Virus record (IMG/VR): IMGVR_UViG_3300030330_005136
Location: 1 to 64,000 of that record
Origin: a virus
Lineage: Duplodnaviria > Caudoviricetes
Length of the DNA stretch: 64,000 nucleotides
Direction: 5' to 3' (one strand)
Made by a program: the position numbers and the translations under genes. The notes below the pieces were generated by a model. The model was not told the DNA's origin. It was given only the letters and a program-made list of their open reading frames with translations, and did not search any database. Shown here one piece after another: positions 46,601 through 55,962 of this stretch. Every line of letters begins with the position of its first letter. Positions within the stretch are counted from its first letter, which is position 1.

Positions 46601-46894
46601 GAATGGCCATTATCTCTCTCATCGGGTATGGAAAAGTTCGTATCTTCTCTCGCACTTCGTGTTGGTTTGATCAATGTTTCTAACCTACCAAGTCCTAATT
46701 TTCTCGTTATAGATGAGGGTTTTGGTACATTGGATACTGATAATCTCTCAAACATGAAGGGTGCTTTTGATTACTTGAAGACAAGATTTGATTCGGTTTT
46801 TATAATCTCTCATTTAGATACCATAAAAGACTTTATGGATTATCTATTACCCATCAATAAAACAGACAAACACTCAAATGTGACCTATATTTGA
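43688..46894 (+). CDS. Mre11/SbcD nuclease-Rad50/SbcC ATPase fusion
   Basis: N-terminal ADIH, GGD, GNHD, GDIH phosphoesterase motifs; Walker A APNHSGKS, coiled coil with CEYC hook, LSSGME signature, IDEGFGTLD, ISH. Confidence 0.92.
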   Translation: MGDIKKIAHLADIHIRKLHRFNEYRDVFDNLYKKLRDIKPDLIYIGGDVVHGKLDTSPEEIRMVAEFFLNLADISDLLVIPGNHDCNLNNKSREDVLSPIVDLVQQINPRIHFWKKTGVYEMGGCHFGHLSVFDMTKDGKPNAKNIPRAKDIDGDHKIGIYHGGVGNFQVDTGLVMSDEHVNVIDFDGYDMVLLGDIHKRQFLDDKETIAYPGSLIQQNFAEAPEHGFLLWDVKTRKSEFIQVENEHGFKTVIVEDGKIKSRMRFVPKYGNIKIKHKDTTAEQLRLIELNLRKKYTDIKSIVTEKIDSIEGHLNESKTKISIEDIHDLKVQNKLIEKLAKVEQPNIDDKTLQRIFDINELTNSSIGMKNELPRNVDWKLKYIEFDNMFSYGKNNRIDFTKLNGVVGVVAPNHSGKSALIDIIAYTLFDVCSRTIRAVEVLNNESKYFEVKLSLEVNGEDYIIHRVGNLKIKTKRATGEVRKLCPVSVKFYMEENGELIDLSGAARNNSQYGSGTNEEIRKILGTFDDFILTSLSLQNNGQNFIDKKQAERKKILSQFMGIDLFDKLFDVAKHDVADERAYLRKVKDKDVFGQLSKLQKELQGYEESKEKLDKEVEPFEVEINELEEQIDNLKSKLKYVPSGVDEVDENIEIEKEQELERQQQLLESEEEYREDIRPLYNNIYNKIKEFDEDELENNYKKYKKTKEDLTKIEADVNVKETQIKHLKESLEEAKEHEFDEDCEYCVKNSQWHIEKTKSLTKEITDCKLDLQKILSDKHNLEKDIESFGDINRDRSRYQELKEDLKQVENDAYKTQAKMKELEALVLSLEKDLEKIYEQNKLYEEYQSALEFNDKINDKIEVLQSTLDKSKSSYDIVIRGIQTIENHILVNKTNKKNLDSEIKDLVDAEQKVLDYELYLRLVSSDGIPRLIINDALPVIENEVNTVLDHMMAGFHLGITNEDKNINLYIRYDNQEWPLSLSSGMEKFVSSLALRVGLINVSNLPSPNFLVIDEGFGTLDTDNLSNMKGAFDYLKTRFDSVFIISHLDTIKDFMDYLLPINKTDKHSNVTYI

Positions 46895-46912
46895 CATAAT
46901 CGAGATTCCTAA

Positions 46913-46926
46913 ATATTTATATTTAT
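46913..46926 (+). promoter_or_regulatory. putative late promoter, two overlapping ATATTTAT copies
   Basis: AATATTTATATTTATATAGG upstream of the tail-fibre ATG at 46939. Confidence 0.55.
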
Positions 46927-46938
46927 ATAGGAATCGAT

Positions 46939-49900
46939 ATGCCAATACAAGATAATTATACACAGCGACTAGGACTGGCAGAACTAGATGTTTTTTTAGA
47001 TACGCCGGACAATAGTAATAGATATTTTAATATCATCAACTTACCACAAATTGCTGGGTATGGTAAATATTCCTTTCAAATATCCTATAACGATCCTGAT
47101 GATACTGATTTATTATTAAAACAAGGTTCTGGTATTTTATTCGAATTTGTTGATGCCAATGGTGAAACTATATTTTCAGAATTATCAGATATACCAGATG
47201 CCAGTGGTGCCGCATCGGGTTATTTTTGGATAAAAAAAGATCCACTCTGGCTAGCTGGCGAAATAGCTGATGGGCCGGCTACTTTATATATTGTAGGGGA
47301 ACTAGACAATGTACCTGAAGAGTTCGAAGGTACATATAATGTTAGGACTGCCTTTACTTTCGATATAAGAAAATCACAACCAAATATTTCGAGAATTTTA
47401 TTTCATGATGTTCCGGCATTAGAGCAAAGTTCTAGTATTAATGGTCAGATTCAAGAATTTGATAGAGGTAGTTCAACTTTTGCCAGAGGATATATTGAAG
47501 TCAGTGCCTCTCATATGGAAACTCATGGTGGTCAGGTAAACTTCATTGAGTTATCTTATCTAGAATCTGGTAGTAGGACAGAAGAATTTACACCATTGGC
47601 AGAGTATCCGTTACGTGGTTCGTCATCAAGATATGAATTGGATGATACTGGTTCTATTGATGGATTGAATCCGATATCACATGTATTCAGAATGCCTGTC
47701 CCTCGTGATTTTCGTAGAGACAGTGAAGTAAAATTTAAATTAAAATTTTTAGATGCTAATAAATCACCAGCAAAATATTATGATGAGATTAAAAATGATC
47801 AAGTTATAGAAATAACATCTTCTTTTATAACAGTAAGTGGAACGCCTTTTATTATTGAAAATGAAGATAATTTACTCAAGGGTTCGATGTTTACTGGTCA
47901 AGCTGTTGGCAAGGGATTTGAAACATCCGGTAAAAGCAGTGCATTTATGAAAACAGTAGATTACACTGGTTTCAAATCCGCTAGTCTAGGTATAGGTAGT
48001 CCTGGTGTAATGTTCTTTAGTGGTTCTGTGTTGACATCGAGTGGTGACAATTATCAAGGGGTTGGATTAGAATTATTTGCTAACACAGAAAGTTTTTTAA
48101 GATTTAGATCAGACCCATCAGAATTAGATATCAAAACAAAAGCATTTTTTGTAGGTTCAGAAACAACTCAATTTATCAGTGCATCTGGTGGAACAATAGA
48201 GATAAGTTCTAGTAATTTTCATTTAGAACCTAGTGGTGATGTCACCATGACCGGAACAATTGAAGCCGCTGATGGTAAAATAGGTGGGTTTCATATATCA
48301 GAGTCTAGAATAAATTCTGAAAATGAAAAAATAATATTTAAATCAAGTGGACAGATATCAGCTTCTTCATTGTTGTTAGCATCGGGTTCATTTATTGTAG
48401 ATCCTGATAATCTTTCAAGATTTGGTCAAGATGGTTTTCAAAGTTTTGTCATGGCTGAAAATACTGGTGTAATCATACAGACAAGTAATTTTAATCTTAA
48501 CACTGCTAGATTTATTATCAGTTCAAGTGATGTTGGTGTCATGGCTGTTGGTTCAACACCGCCTGTAGCTCATAACAGTGGAACTGGCTTTTATGTAGAT
48601 GGTGATGGTAATTTTCTTGTAGGAAAATCCACAGGTCCTAGATTACAATTCGATGGTTTTCAAACTACAATAAGTTCATCTAATTTCTTTCTTGGTTCAG
48701 ATGCTCAATTTGTAAGTGGTAGTAACGGGAATATTGAGATAAGTTCTAGTAATTTTCATCTAGATGCTGCTGGAAATGTTATAATGGCTGGAACTATAAC
48801 AGCAAATGCTGGAACCATAGGAGGGTTTAATATAACTAATAATGCCTTATCCTCTGATAATTTTTTCATCAGTGGTGCCGCCACAGGTGCTGAATTATTT
48901 ATATCATCATCTGGTTTTTCTGTAGATGCTCAAGGTGTGGTTAGTGCGTCTGATTTATCATTACAAGGTGGAGATGTTGGTGGTTTGTCTGTTGCTGAGG
49001 GAACTGTATCTGTTGGTGAAATACTAAAACTAAAAGATAGTGGACAGATTACAGGTTCACAAGTTTTGTTTACTGGTGGAAAAATCAGTGGTTCTGCTTT
49101 AGATATAATTGTTCCTAAATTCTTTTTAGGTAGTGAAGAACAATTTGTAAGTGGTTCAAACGGTAATATTGAAATAAGTAGTTCTGATTTTCATCTAGAT
49201 AAAGATGGAAGTGTAAACATGTCAGGTACTATTACAGCAACTGCTGGAGCAATTGGTGGATTTGGTATTAGCTCAAATGCTATAAGTAGTTCAAATAATA
49301 ATTTAATACTAAAAGATAGTGGTCAAATAACTGGTTCAACAGCATTATTTACTGGTGGAAAAATTGCTGGATGGACTATAAGTGGTACAACTTTAGTTGG
49401 AAATAATGCGACACTTGATGGTGCTGGTTCTGCTTTATTTAAATCCGATGCGGGTCCTGATACAGATAATAGTGCTCCTTTTGATGAAGCACGAAATGAA
49501 TTTTACATAGATTTTTCTCCATCCGATCAAAGTAACACACGAAACTTTTTTGTAAAGTTTGGTCCTAATTTTATGGTGGATAGTGATGGTATATTGATAG
49601 CCAGTGGTGCTACTTTTGCTGGAACTATAACTGCCAGTGCAGGTTTGATTGGGGGATTTGTAACAGACAGTTCATCTTTTCATGATAATAGCAATAATAT
49701 TTTTATAAGTGGTAGTCCAAAGATAGGTGGAAATCATCATCCATCTTTTATGTTTATATCAAGCTCAAACTTTAATGTAAAACAAAGTGGGGATATAACA
49801 GGATCATCTGCTCTATTTGATGGTATTATAAATGTTACAGGAACAGGTCAGATTGCTGGATTTGGTATAACCCAAACTGCTATTTCAAGCTCAAACGATA

Positions 49901-52900
49901 AACTGATATTAAAATCGAGTGGTCAGATTACTGGTTCTGATGTTTTATTTAGTGGCGGTAAGATTGGTGGTTTTACTTTAGGAACAAATACATTTACAGC
50001 AACAAATTTTGAACTTGATCCGAGTGGAAAGAGGATAACACTTGGTAGTGGAAATAGTATTTTTATTGCTGATGGTGACGAAGGAATACAATTAGGTCAT
50101 GCTACATTTGCTGATGCTCCTTTTAGTGTTACGACTGCAGGTGTGTTAAAGGCTACAAGTGGAACGATTGGTGGATTTACATTAAGTACAAACGAATTAA
50201 CTGCTACTAACTTTGAATTAAATCCAAGTCAAAAAAGAATTACATTAGGAAGTAGTAATGATATCTTTATTGCTGATGGTGATGAAGGTATTCAGTTAGG
50301 TCATGCTACATTTAATAGTGCTCCATTTAGTGTTACTAAAGCTGGATTCTTACATGCTGCCGCTGGTAGGATAGGTGGTTTTGGTATAAGTTCAAATTCG
50401 ATTACCAGTTCTAATGATAATTTAATATTAAAGGATAGTGGACAAATAACAGGATCTACAGTTCTGTTTACTGGTGGAAAGATAGGTGGTTTTACAATCG
50501 ATGCTGATGAAATTAAATCTACAAATCTATTATTAGATTCTAATAATGAAAAGATAACTGTTGGTAGTGCAAACGCCATTACAATACAAGGTGGTGGCAC
50601 AGATAATTTTATTGTGATGGGAAGTAAAACTGCTTTTGCCCAAACATCCACTGCTGGTGTGATATTGGGTATGGATAATAATGTCCCATCCTTTGATCTA
50701 ACTAGAAATTCTACAAATTATGTTAGGTTTGATACATCGACTGGTGTTGATATTAAAACCGATACATTCAAATTAGATACAGCAACATTAGACATAGATT
50801 CATCAACAAGTAGAATACAAGTTGTGGATGGTTCTTCAAATGAGGTTGTAAGATTAGGTGAAATATCCGACAGTGCTTCAGATTTATTTGGTTTAAAGGT
50901 TTACGATGGAAGTGGCACTGCTGATGCCAACACATTAGTAAAACTTGGTGGTGAAGGTAATACCATTGGTGGTTGGACAATTACAAATGATCAGATAAGA
51001 TCCCTAAATCTTGTTATACATTCAAGTGGTAGATTAGAAACTGCTGATTTCGCCAGTGGTGTTAAGGGGTGGAGGATATCTTCTGAAGGTAATGGTGAAG
51101 CTGAATTTGAAAATGCTACAATTCGTGGAACTCTTTCAACTGCCGTATTTGAAAAAGAAACTGTAAACGCCGTAGGTGGTCAGTTGTATGTTGCCAACTC
51201 AACAGCACTTACAGGATCAGGTCAGATATCTGCAAGTTTTGACACAATGAGTGTCGTTAATGTAAGCGGATTTGCACAAGGTGAAATATTAAGTTTAAAG
51301 AAAGTAAGTGATACGGGTTTTACCACAGAATATGTTTTAGTCAATAGTTCTTCTAGAGACGATAAATCAAGTGATACAAATTTTTCTGGTAAATTAAATG
51401 TGACTCGTGGATACGGATCAGGTGTTACTGGCGATAGTGGTTCGTTAGGTGGTTCTCCTAACAATGCTCAATCCTATGAACCTGGTCAAGTAATAGTATC
51501 AACCGGTAAAGTTGGAACTGGTTACATAAGATTAAATGCTAATCCAAATGATCAAGCCACACCTTTCATGGATATTGTAGAAAGAACTGGTAGTGGAATA
51601 TATGATATAGAACTAAAAACAAGGGTGGGAGATCTTAGTGGTTTAAGTAGTGGTTTACTATTTGGAGAATCAAATCCAGGATTTGGTATCTTTACTGGTA
51701 ATGGTTTTTTCAGTGGGGGAATAACTGCTACAACTGGTTCATTTACAGGTGCTGTTCACATTAACACCTCTGCTTCTGAGATAATGAAACTCGGTACGAA
51801 TGTTAGTGGAACTGATGATGGTATCTTTGTAAATAACAATAACTTTCTTTTCACTGATGGTCGGTTTAAGACAGGTAATGCAACCAACTTTATTTCACAT
51901 GATGGTGCTGGAGCAGTAGAAATATCATCACAAAATTTTACTCTAAAGGGTGGAACAAAATTATTAATGACTTCTGAAAGTTTAGCCTTTGATACTTCAA
52001 ATGCTTCAACTGCTACGAGAACTGCTGGAACTGGTGTTTTTATGGATGTCGATGGTAATTTTAGAGTTGGTAATGCCAGTGGTAATAGACTTACATTTGC
52101 AGGCTCATCATTAGAATTAGTAACTACTGATCTTAATATAGATACTTCTACATTTGATGTATCTACTGATAATGGTGGAAAGATTGCTATGGGAGCTACA
52201 CCACCAACAAGTATAACCAGTGGAACTGGTATTTTTATGAGTGGTAGTGGTGAGTTCTTAGCTGGAAATGCCAGTGGAAATCACATAAAATTTGATGGAA
52301 CGAATGTTCAAGTTGCCGGTCAAATAACAATTTCTGCTGGTTCTACATCAGAAGTTGATTTTGGTGCTGGTGCAGCTGCTTCTGCAAGTGCTGCTTCAGC
52401 AAGTGCTGCCACTGCTCAATCCTCTGCAAGTGCAGCACAAACTTTAGCAAGTGAAGCATCGGCATCGGCTGCCGTAGCGTCTAGTTCAGCAGCGACTGCG
52501 ACTGCTGCTGCCTCGACTGCTCAATCTGCTATTGATACTATGGAAACTCAAGTTGTATTAACCAACGAGGGGATGTCATTAAGAGCTGTTAATGATGCAG
52601 GAAACCCCAATTTAAATGGACAGGATGTGGTTCAGGTTGGGACAACTACAAAGTTTTTTGATGGTGTGGATGATACCGATGCCAATCAAAAACTTAGATT
52701 AAACACCGATGGTGTGTTTGCTTTTGCCAACACCACACAATCATTTGCGAGATTTTTTAGTGAGGGTGTTCAGATAGTATCGGGTGGAGTTGAAAGAGCT
52801 AAATTTGCTGGTACAACCACAATAGGTAATACTGCTTTTGAACATGTTGAGATAACAAGTGCTTCTTTAAAACTAAAAGGTGGGGAAAACGGAAGCATAA

Positions 52901-55900
52901 CTAGATTATCCATGGATGCTGATGGTATGCAAATTGGTTCAGTATCAAATGGTATAACTCTAAATGCAAGTGGTGACGCTACATTTAATGGTGCGATTAC
53001 GATATCACCAAGTGATTTACCTGATGGAACTGTTAGTGGTTCAGCTCAGTTAGCCGATGCTATCAGTGGTTCTGCAAATCAAATATCAGCATCTGCTGCT
53101 GCTCAAGCAACACAAGTAGTCTTAGACTCAAACGGAATGTCTCTGAAGAGTCAAGACACAAGTAAGACATTAGCTAGTTTTGGAACAACGGTTACAATTG
53201 GTGAAAATGCTGATGATAAATCAAGAGTTTTTATAGATAATGATTCTGTTGATCTTATCGTAGATTCAGGTGGAACAGATACGACTTTTGCTTCATTTGG
53301 TGCTACAACTACTGTTGGTAATGCTAGTGCTGAACATGTAAGTATAGATAGTGATTCTGTTGATATCATACAAGATGCTAACAATAAAGCCGTGGTAAAT
53401 GCTAGTGGATTGACAATTACACAAGGGGGTAACAATGTTGCGACTTTTGGTTCAACTGCTAGAATGGGACAGACATCAGCAGAACATATTTTAGTTGATT
53501 CAACAGGATTATTATTAAAAGATAACACAGATGTTATTGGCAAATTTGTTCAAGGTGGTGCTACACTAGGTAAAACCGGTGGGGCTCATATTTCTGCTTC
53601 TACAACTGATGTAAGTATTATTAGAAATAATAATAATAAAGCAATTGTTGATGCTGATGGTTTAACTATAACACAAAGTGGAGCTGGAGTTGCTAAATTT
53701 GCTTCTACAACAACTATAGGAGAGACTTCTACTGAACATGTAGAAATTACATCTACATCATTTAAATTAAAAGATGGTTCAACAGATAGATTGATTATGA
53801 ATTCTGATGGTATTAGTATTGGAAATCAATTCTCTGTAGATTCGGATGGTGATGCCACATTCGGTGGAACACTTACTATCGGCAATATAGTTTCGAGTTC
53901 TGCTCAACTTGCTGATGCTATTAGTGGTTCATCAAATGCTTTCTCTGCTTCAGCTGCGGCTAGTATAGCTCAGACAGCAGTCGATTCTGCTTCAGTTGCT
54001 TCTGCTGTACAAATAACCAGTGATGGATTAAATATTCTAAGAGCTGATAATGGAAGTGAACTTGCTTCTTATGGTGCGACCACAACAATAGGAAGTACAA
54101 GTGCAGAACATATATCAATTAGTAGTGATGCCATTGAAATAAAAACCAATGCAAATACCACAGTATTATCTGCTTCATCTGCTGGATTAGATATGGCTGG
54201 TACGATTAAAGCCAGTGGTGGTACAATCGGTGGTTTTAATATTGGAACTGATTTAGATTCTAGTGCAGGAACATTAAAACTCAAAGGTGCTACAGGACAA
54301 ATAACTGCTTCAGATGCTCAAATAACAGGTAAGATAATTGCTACTACTGGTACAATTGGTGGTTTCAATATTGGAAGTGATTTGGGATCAAGTGGTGGAA
54401 CATTAAATTTAAAAGGTAGTTCTGGTCAAATCACAGGTTCTAATGTATTATTCAGTGGTGGGGATATTGGTGGATTCATACTCTCGGACGACAAATTTAT
54501 AGGTCAGATATCAAATGCTAAAACATTCACTATCGACAGTGGTCAAAGCGCTGATTTACAGTATGATGGTAATGATGCCTCAGGAATAATATATGGACCC
54601 AAGAGTTCTCATGATCTAGGTACTGGTGTGAATTTTACTGGTAGTGCTTGGGTTATGTCTGATGCAGGTGGAGCAAATGAAGGTATATTTTTTAGAGCAG
54701 GTGTCAAAGATACATTTGTTAAATTATCAACCACCGGTGGTGAGGACAATGGTGTATTAGCAATAAGTTCATCAAATTTTTCGATAGACAACAGTGGTAA
54801 TGTTACGATGGCTGGAACTGTTACTGCCGATGGTGGTTCTATAGGTGGATTTACCATCAATGGTAGTCAATTAACAGGAAGTTCAGGTGCGATTCTTGCT
54901 ACTGCTGCAAGTGGTGATAGAGCCGTATTTGATGGAACAAATAATGACTTGAGATTTTATGAATCTGGTAAAGGTGGTACATCAACATCATTGAAATTAG
55001 GAAAATTCGGACAGTTAACATTTGGAACTGCTGGTAGTGTTGTAAATCAATATGGTATAATTCTAAGTGGTTCTAGTTTTAATGTGAGTAAATTTAGTGT
55101 AACTAATCCTGATGTAACTGAGAACTTAGATTTTACTGGTGTTCCGAATACTTTTCAAACCAATATTTCTAATATAAGTTCAACACTTGATATGGGATCA
55201 GCTAGAGACGTGTTCAGAGGAAGAGCTGGAGCCGTCTTCACTGCAAAAACTGGTCTAGCATCAGACCTAACCACAACAGGTTTGCTTGCTGGTATGATGG
55301 GACAAATAGAAGATGACAATTTACGTTGGGACATGTCTGCTGGTGGTTTTTTCGTAAGTTCTGAAGATAGAGCTCTAATAGATGCTGATGAAGGTGGTGG
55401 TGTTGGAGATGGAAGTTGGGCTCTGGCAACAGTTGGTAGAGTCATGATGACTGGTAGTAATGGTTCTGGTTTCAGTGCTGCTTCCATGCCACCGACATTA
55501 ACAGTTGGTGGACCTGGTGGTAAAAGTATTCAAGCCGATGGATTAGTGGTTATGAAAGCAGATGCAACTGTTGATGGAGCATTATCAGTTGGTGGAACTA
55601 TAAGTGGAAGTCTGATTCGTAGTTCTGGCGATGTTGTTGCTTTCCATTCATCAGATAAGAGACTAAAAGATAATATAAGAACAATAGAAGAACCTATATA
55701 TAAATTAAGACAACTAAAGGGTGTTGAATATGAGTGGAATAATAAACAAGATACATATCCAAGTGGTTCATTAGATAGTGGTATTATAGCACAGGATGTA
55801 CAAAAAGTTCTACCACAATTAGTAAAGGAAAAAGAAGATGGGTATCTCGGTGTTCGACATGATAGATTAGTCGGTCTATTAGTTGAAGCCATAAAAGACC

Positions 55901-55962
55901 AACAAGATCAAATAGATGAGATGAAAGAACAAATCAAGGAGTTGAAAGATGGCAGTTCCTAG
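46939..55962 (+). CDS. long tail fibre (3007 aa) with C-terminal intramolecular chaperone (peptidase S74)
   Basis: repeated G.IGGF.I / SGQITGS units; C-terminal SSDKRLKDNI...GIIAQDVQKVLPQLV...LLVEAIK coiled coil. Confidence 0.9.
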   Translation: MPIQDNYTQRLGLAELDVFLDTPDNSNRYFNIINLPQIAGYGKYSFQISYNDPDDTDLLLKQGSGILFEFVDANGETIFSELSDIPDASGAASGYFWIKKDPLWLAGEIADGPATLYIVGELDNVPEEFEGTYNVRTAFTFDIRKSQPNISRILFHDVPALEQSSSINGQIQEFDRGSSTFARGYIEVSASHMETHGGQVNFIELSYLESGSRTEEFTPLAEYPLRGSSSRYELDDTGSIDGLNPISHVFRMPVPRDFRRDSEVKFKLKFLDANKSPAKYYDEIKNDQVIEITSSFITVSGTPFIIENEDNLLKGSMFTGQAVGKGFETSGKSSAFMKTVDYTGFKSASLGIGSPGVMFFSGSVLTSSGDNYQGVGLELFANTESFLRFRSDPSELDIKTKAFFVGSETTQFISASGGTIEISSSNFHLEPSGDVTMTGTIEAADGKIGGFHISESRINSENEKIIFKSSGQISASSLLLASGSFIVDPDNLSRFGQDGFQSFVMAENTGVIIQTSNFNLNTARFIISSSDVGVMAVGSTPPVAHNSGTGFYVDGDGNFLVGKSTGPRLQFDGFQTTISSSNFFLGSDAQFVSGSNGNIEISSSNFHLDAAGNVIMAGTITANAGTIGGFNITNNALSSDNFFISGAATGAELFISSSGFSVDAQGVVSASDLSLQGGDVGGLSVAEGTVSVGEILKLKDSGQITGSQVLFTGGKISGSALDIIVPKFFLGSEEQFVSGSNGNIEISSSDFHLDKDGSVNMSGTITATAGAIGGFGISSNAISSSNNNLILKDSGQITGSTALFTGGKIAGWTISGTTLVGNNATLDGAGSALFKSDAGPDTDNSAPFDEARNEFYIDFSPSDQSNTRNFFVKFGPNFMVDSDGILIASGATFAGTITASAGLIGGFVTDSSSFHDNSNNIFISGSPKIGGNHHPSFMFISSSNFNVKQSGDITGSSALFDGIINVTGTGQIAGFGITQTAISSSNDKLILKSSGQITGSDVLFSGGKIGGFTLGTNTFTATNFELDPSGKRITLGSGNSIFIADGDEGIQLGHATFADAPFSVTTAGVLKATSGTIGGFTLSTNELTATNFELNPSQKRITLGSSNDIFIADGDEGIQLGHATFNSAPFSVTKAGFLHAAAGRIGGFGISSNSITSSNDNLILKDSGQITGSTVLFTGGKIGGFTIDADEIKSTNLLLDSNNEKITVGSANAITIQGGGTDNFIVMGSKTAFAQTSTAGVILGMDNNVPSFDLTRNSTNYVRFDTSTGVDIKTDTFKLDTATLDIDSSTSRIQVVDGSSNEVVRLGEISDSASDLFGLKVYDGSGTADANTLVKLGGEGNTIGGWTITNDQIRSLNLVIHSSGRLETADFASGVKGWRISSEGNGEAEFENATIRGTLSTAVFEKETVNAVGGQLYVANSTALTGSGQISASFDTMSVVNVSGFAQGEILSLKKVSDTGFTTEYVLVNSSSRDDKSSDTNFSGKLNVTRGYGSGVTGDSGSLGGSPNNAQSYEPGQVIVSTGKVGTGYIRLNANPNDQATPFMDIVERTGSGIYDIELKTRVGDLSGLSSGLLFGESNPGFGIFTGNGFFSGGITATTGSFTGAVHINTSASEIMKLGTNVSGTDDGIFVNNNNFLFTDGRFKTGNATNFISHDGAGAVEISSQNFTLKGGTKLLMTSESLAFDTSNASTATRTAGTGVFMDVDGNFRVGNASGNRLTFAGSSLELVTTDLNIDTSTFDVSTDNGGKIAMGATPPTSITSGTGIFMSGSGEFLAGNASGNHIKFDGTNVQVAGQITISAGSTSEVDFGAGAAASASAASASAATAQSSASAAQTLASEASASAAVASSSAATATAAASTAQSAIDTMETQVVLTNEGMSLRAVNDAGNPNLNGQDVVQVGTTTKFFDGVDDTDANQKLRLNTDGVFAFANTTQSFARFFSEGVQIVSGGVERAKFAGTTTIGNTAFEHVEITSASLKLKGGENGSITRLSMDADGMQIGSVSNGITLNASGDATFNGAITISPSDLPDGTVSGSAQLADAISGSANQISASAAAQATQVVLDSNGMSLKSQDTSKTLASFGTTVTIGENADDKSRVFIDNDSVDLIVDSGGTDTTFASFGATTTVGNASAEHVSIDSDSVDIIQDANNKAVVNASGLTITQGGNNVATFGSTARMGQTSAEHILVDSTGLLLKDNTDVIGKFVQGGATLGKTGGAHISASTTDVSIIRNNNNKAIVDADGLTITQSGAGVAKFASTTTIGETSTEHVEITSTSFKLKDGSTDRLIMNSDGISIGNQFSVDSDGDATFGGTLTIGNIVSSSAQLADAISGSSNAFSASAAASIAQTAVDSASVASAVQITSDGLNILRADNGSELASYGATTTIGSTSAEHISISSDAIEIKTNANTTVLSASSAGLDMAGTIKASGGTIGGFNIGTDLDSSAGTLKLKGATGQITASDAQITGKIIATTGTIGGFNIGSDLGSSGGTLNLKGSSGQITGSNVLFSGGDIGGFILSDDKFIGQISNAKTFTIDSGQSADLQYDGNDASGIIYGPKSSHDLGTGVNFTGSAWVMSDAGGANEGIFFRAGVKDTFVKLSTTGGEDNGVLAISSSNFSIDNSGNVTMAGTVTADGGSIGGFTINGSQLTGSSGAILATAASGDRAVFDGTNNDLRFYESGKGGTSTSLKLGKFGQLTFGTAGSVVNQYGIILSGSSFNVSKFSVTNPDVTENLDFTGVPNTFQTNISNISSTLDMGSARDVFRGRAGAVFTAKTGLASDLTTTGLLAGMMGQIEDDNLRWDMSAGGFFVSSEDRALIDADEGGGVGDGSWALATVGRVMMTGSNGSGFSAASMPPTLTVGGPGGKSIQADGLVVMKADATVDGALSVGGTISGSLIRSSGDVVAFHSSDKRLKDNIRTIEEPIYKLRQLKGVEYEWNNKQDTYPSGSLDSGIIAQDVQKVLPQLVKEKEDGYLGVRHDRLVGLLVEAIKDQQDQIDEMKEQIKELKDGSS
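49963..50370 (+). repeat. coding tandem duplication, 204 bp / 68 aa x2
   Basis: IGGFTL..N..TATNFEL.PS.KRITLGS...IFIADGDEGIQLGHATF..APFSVT units at 49963 and 50167. Confidence 0.9.
52363..52530 (+). repeat. Ala/Ser low-complexity stretch (lambda Stf-like)
   Basis: GAGAAASASAASASAATAQSSASAAQ...ATAAASTAQSA. Confidence 0.8.

Noticed and set aside
49963-50370. Diversity-generating retroelement TR/VR pair
   Set aside because: Differences between copies involve all four bases, both copies are coding and internal, and no reverse transcriptase is in the window.
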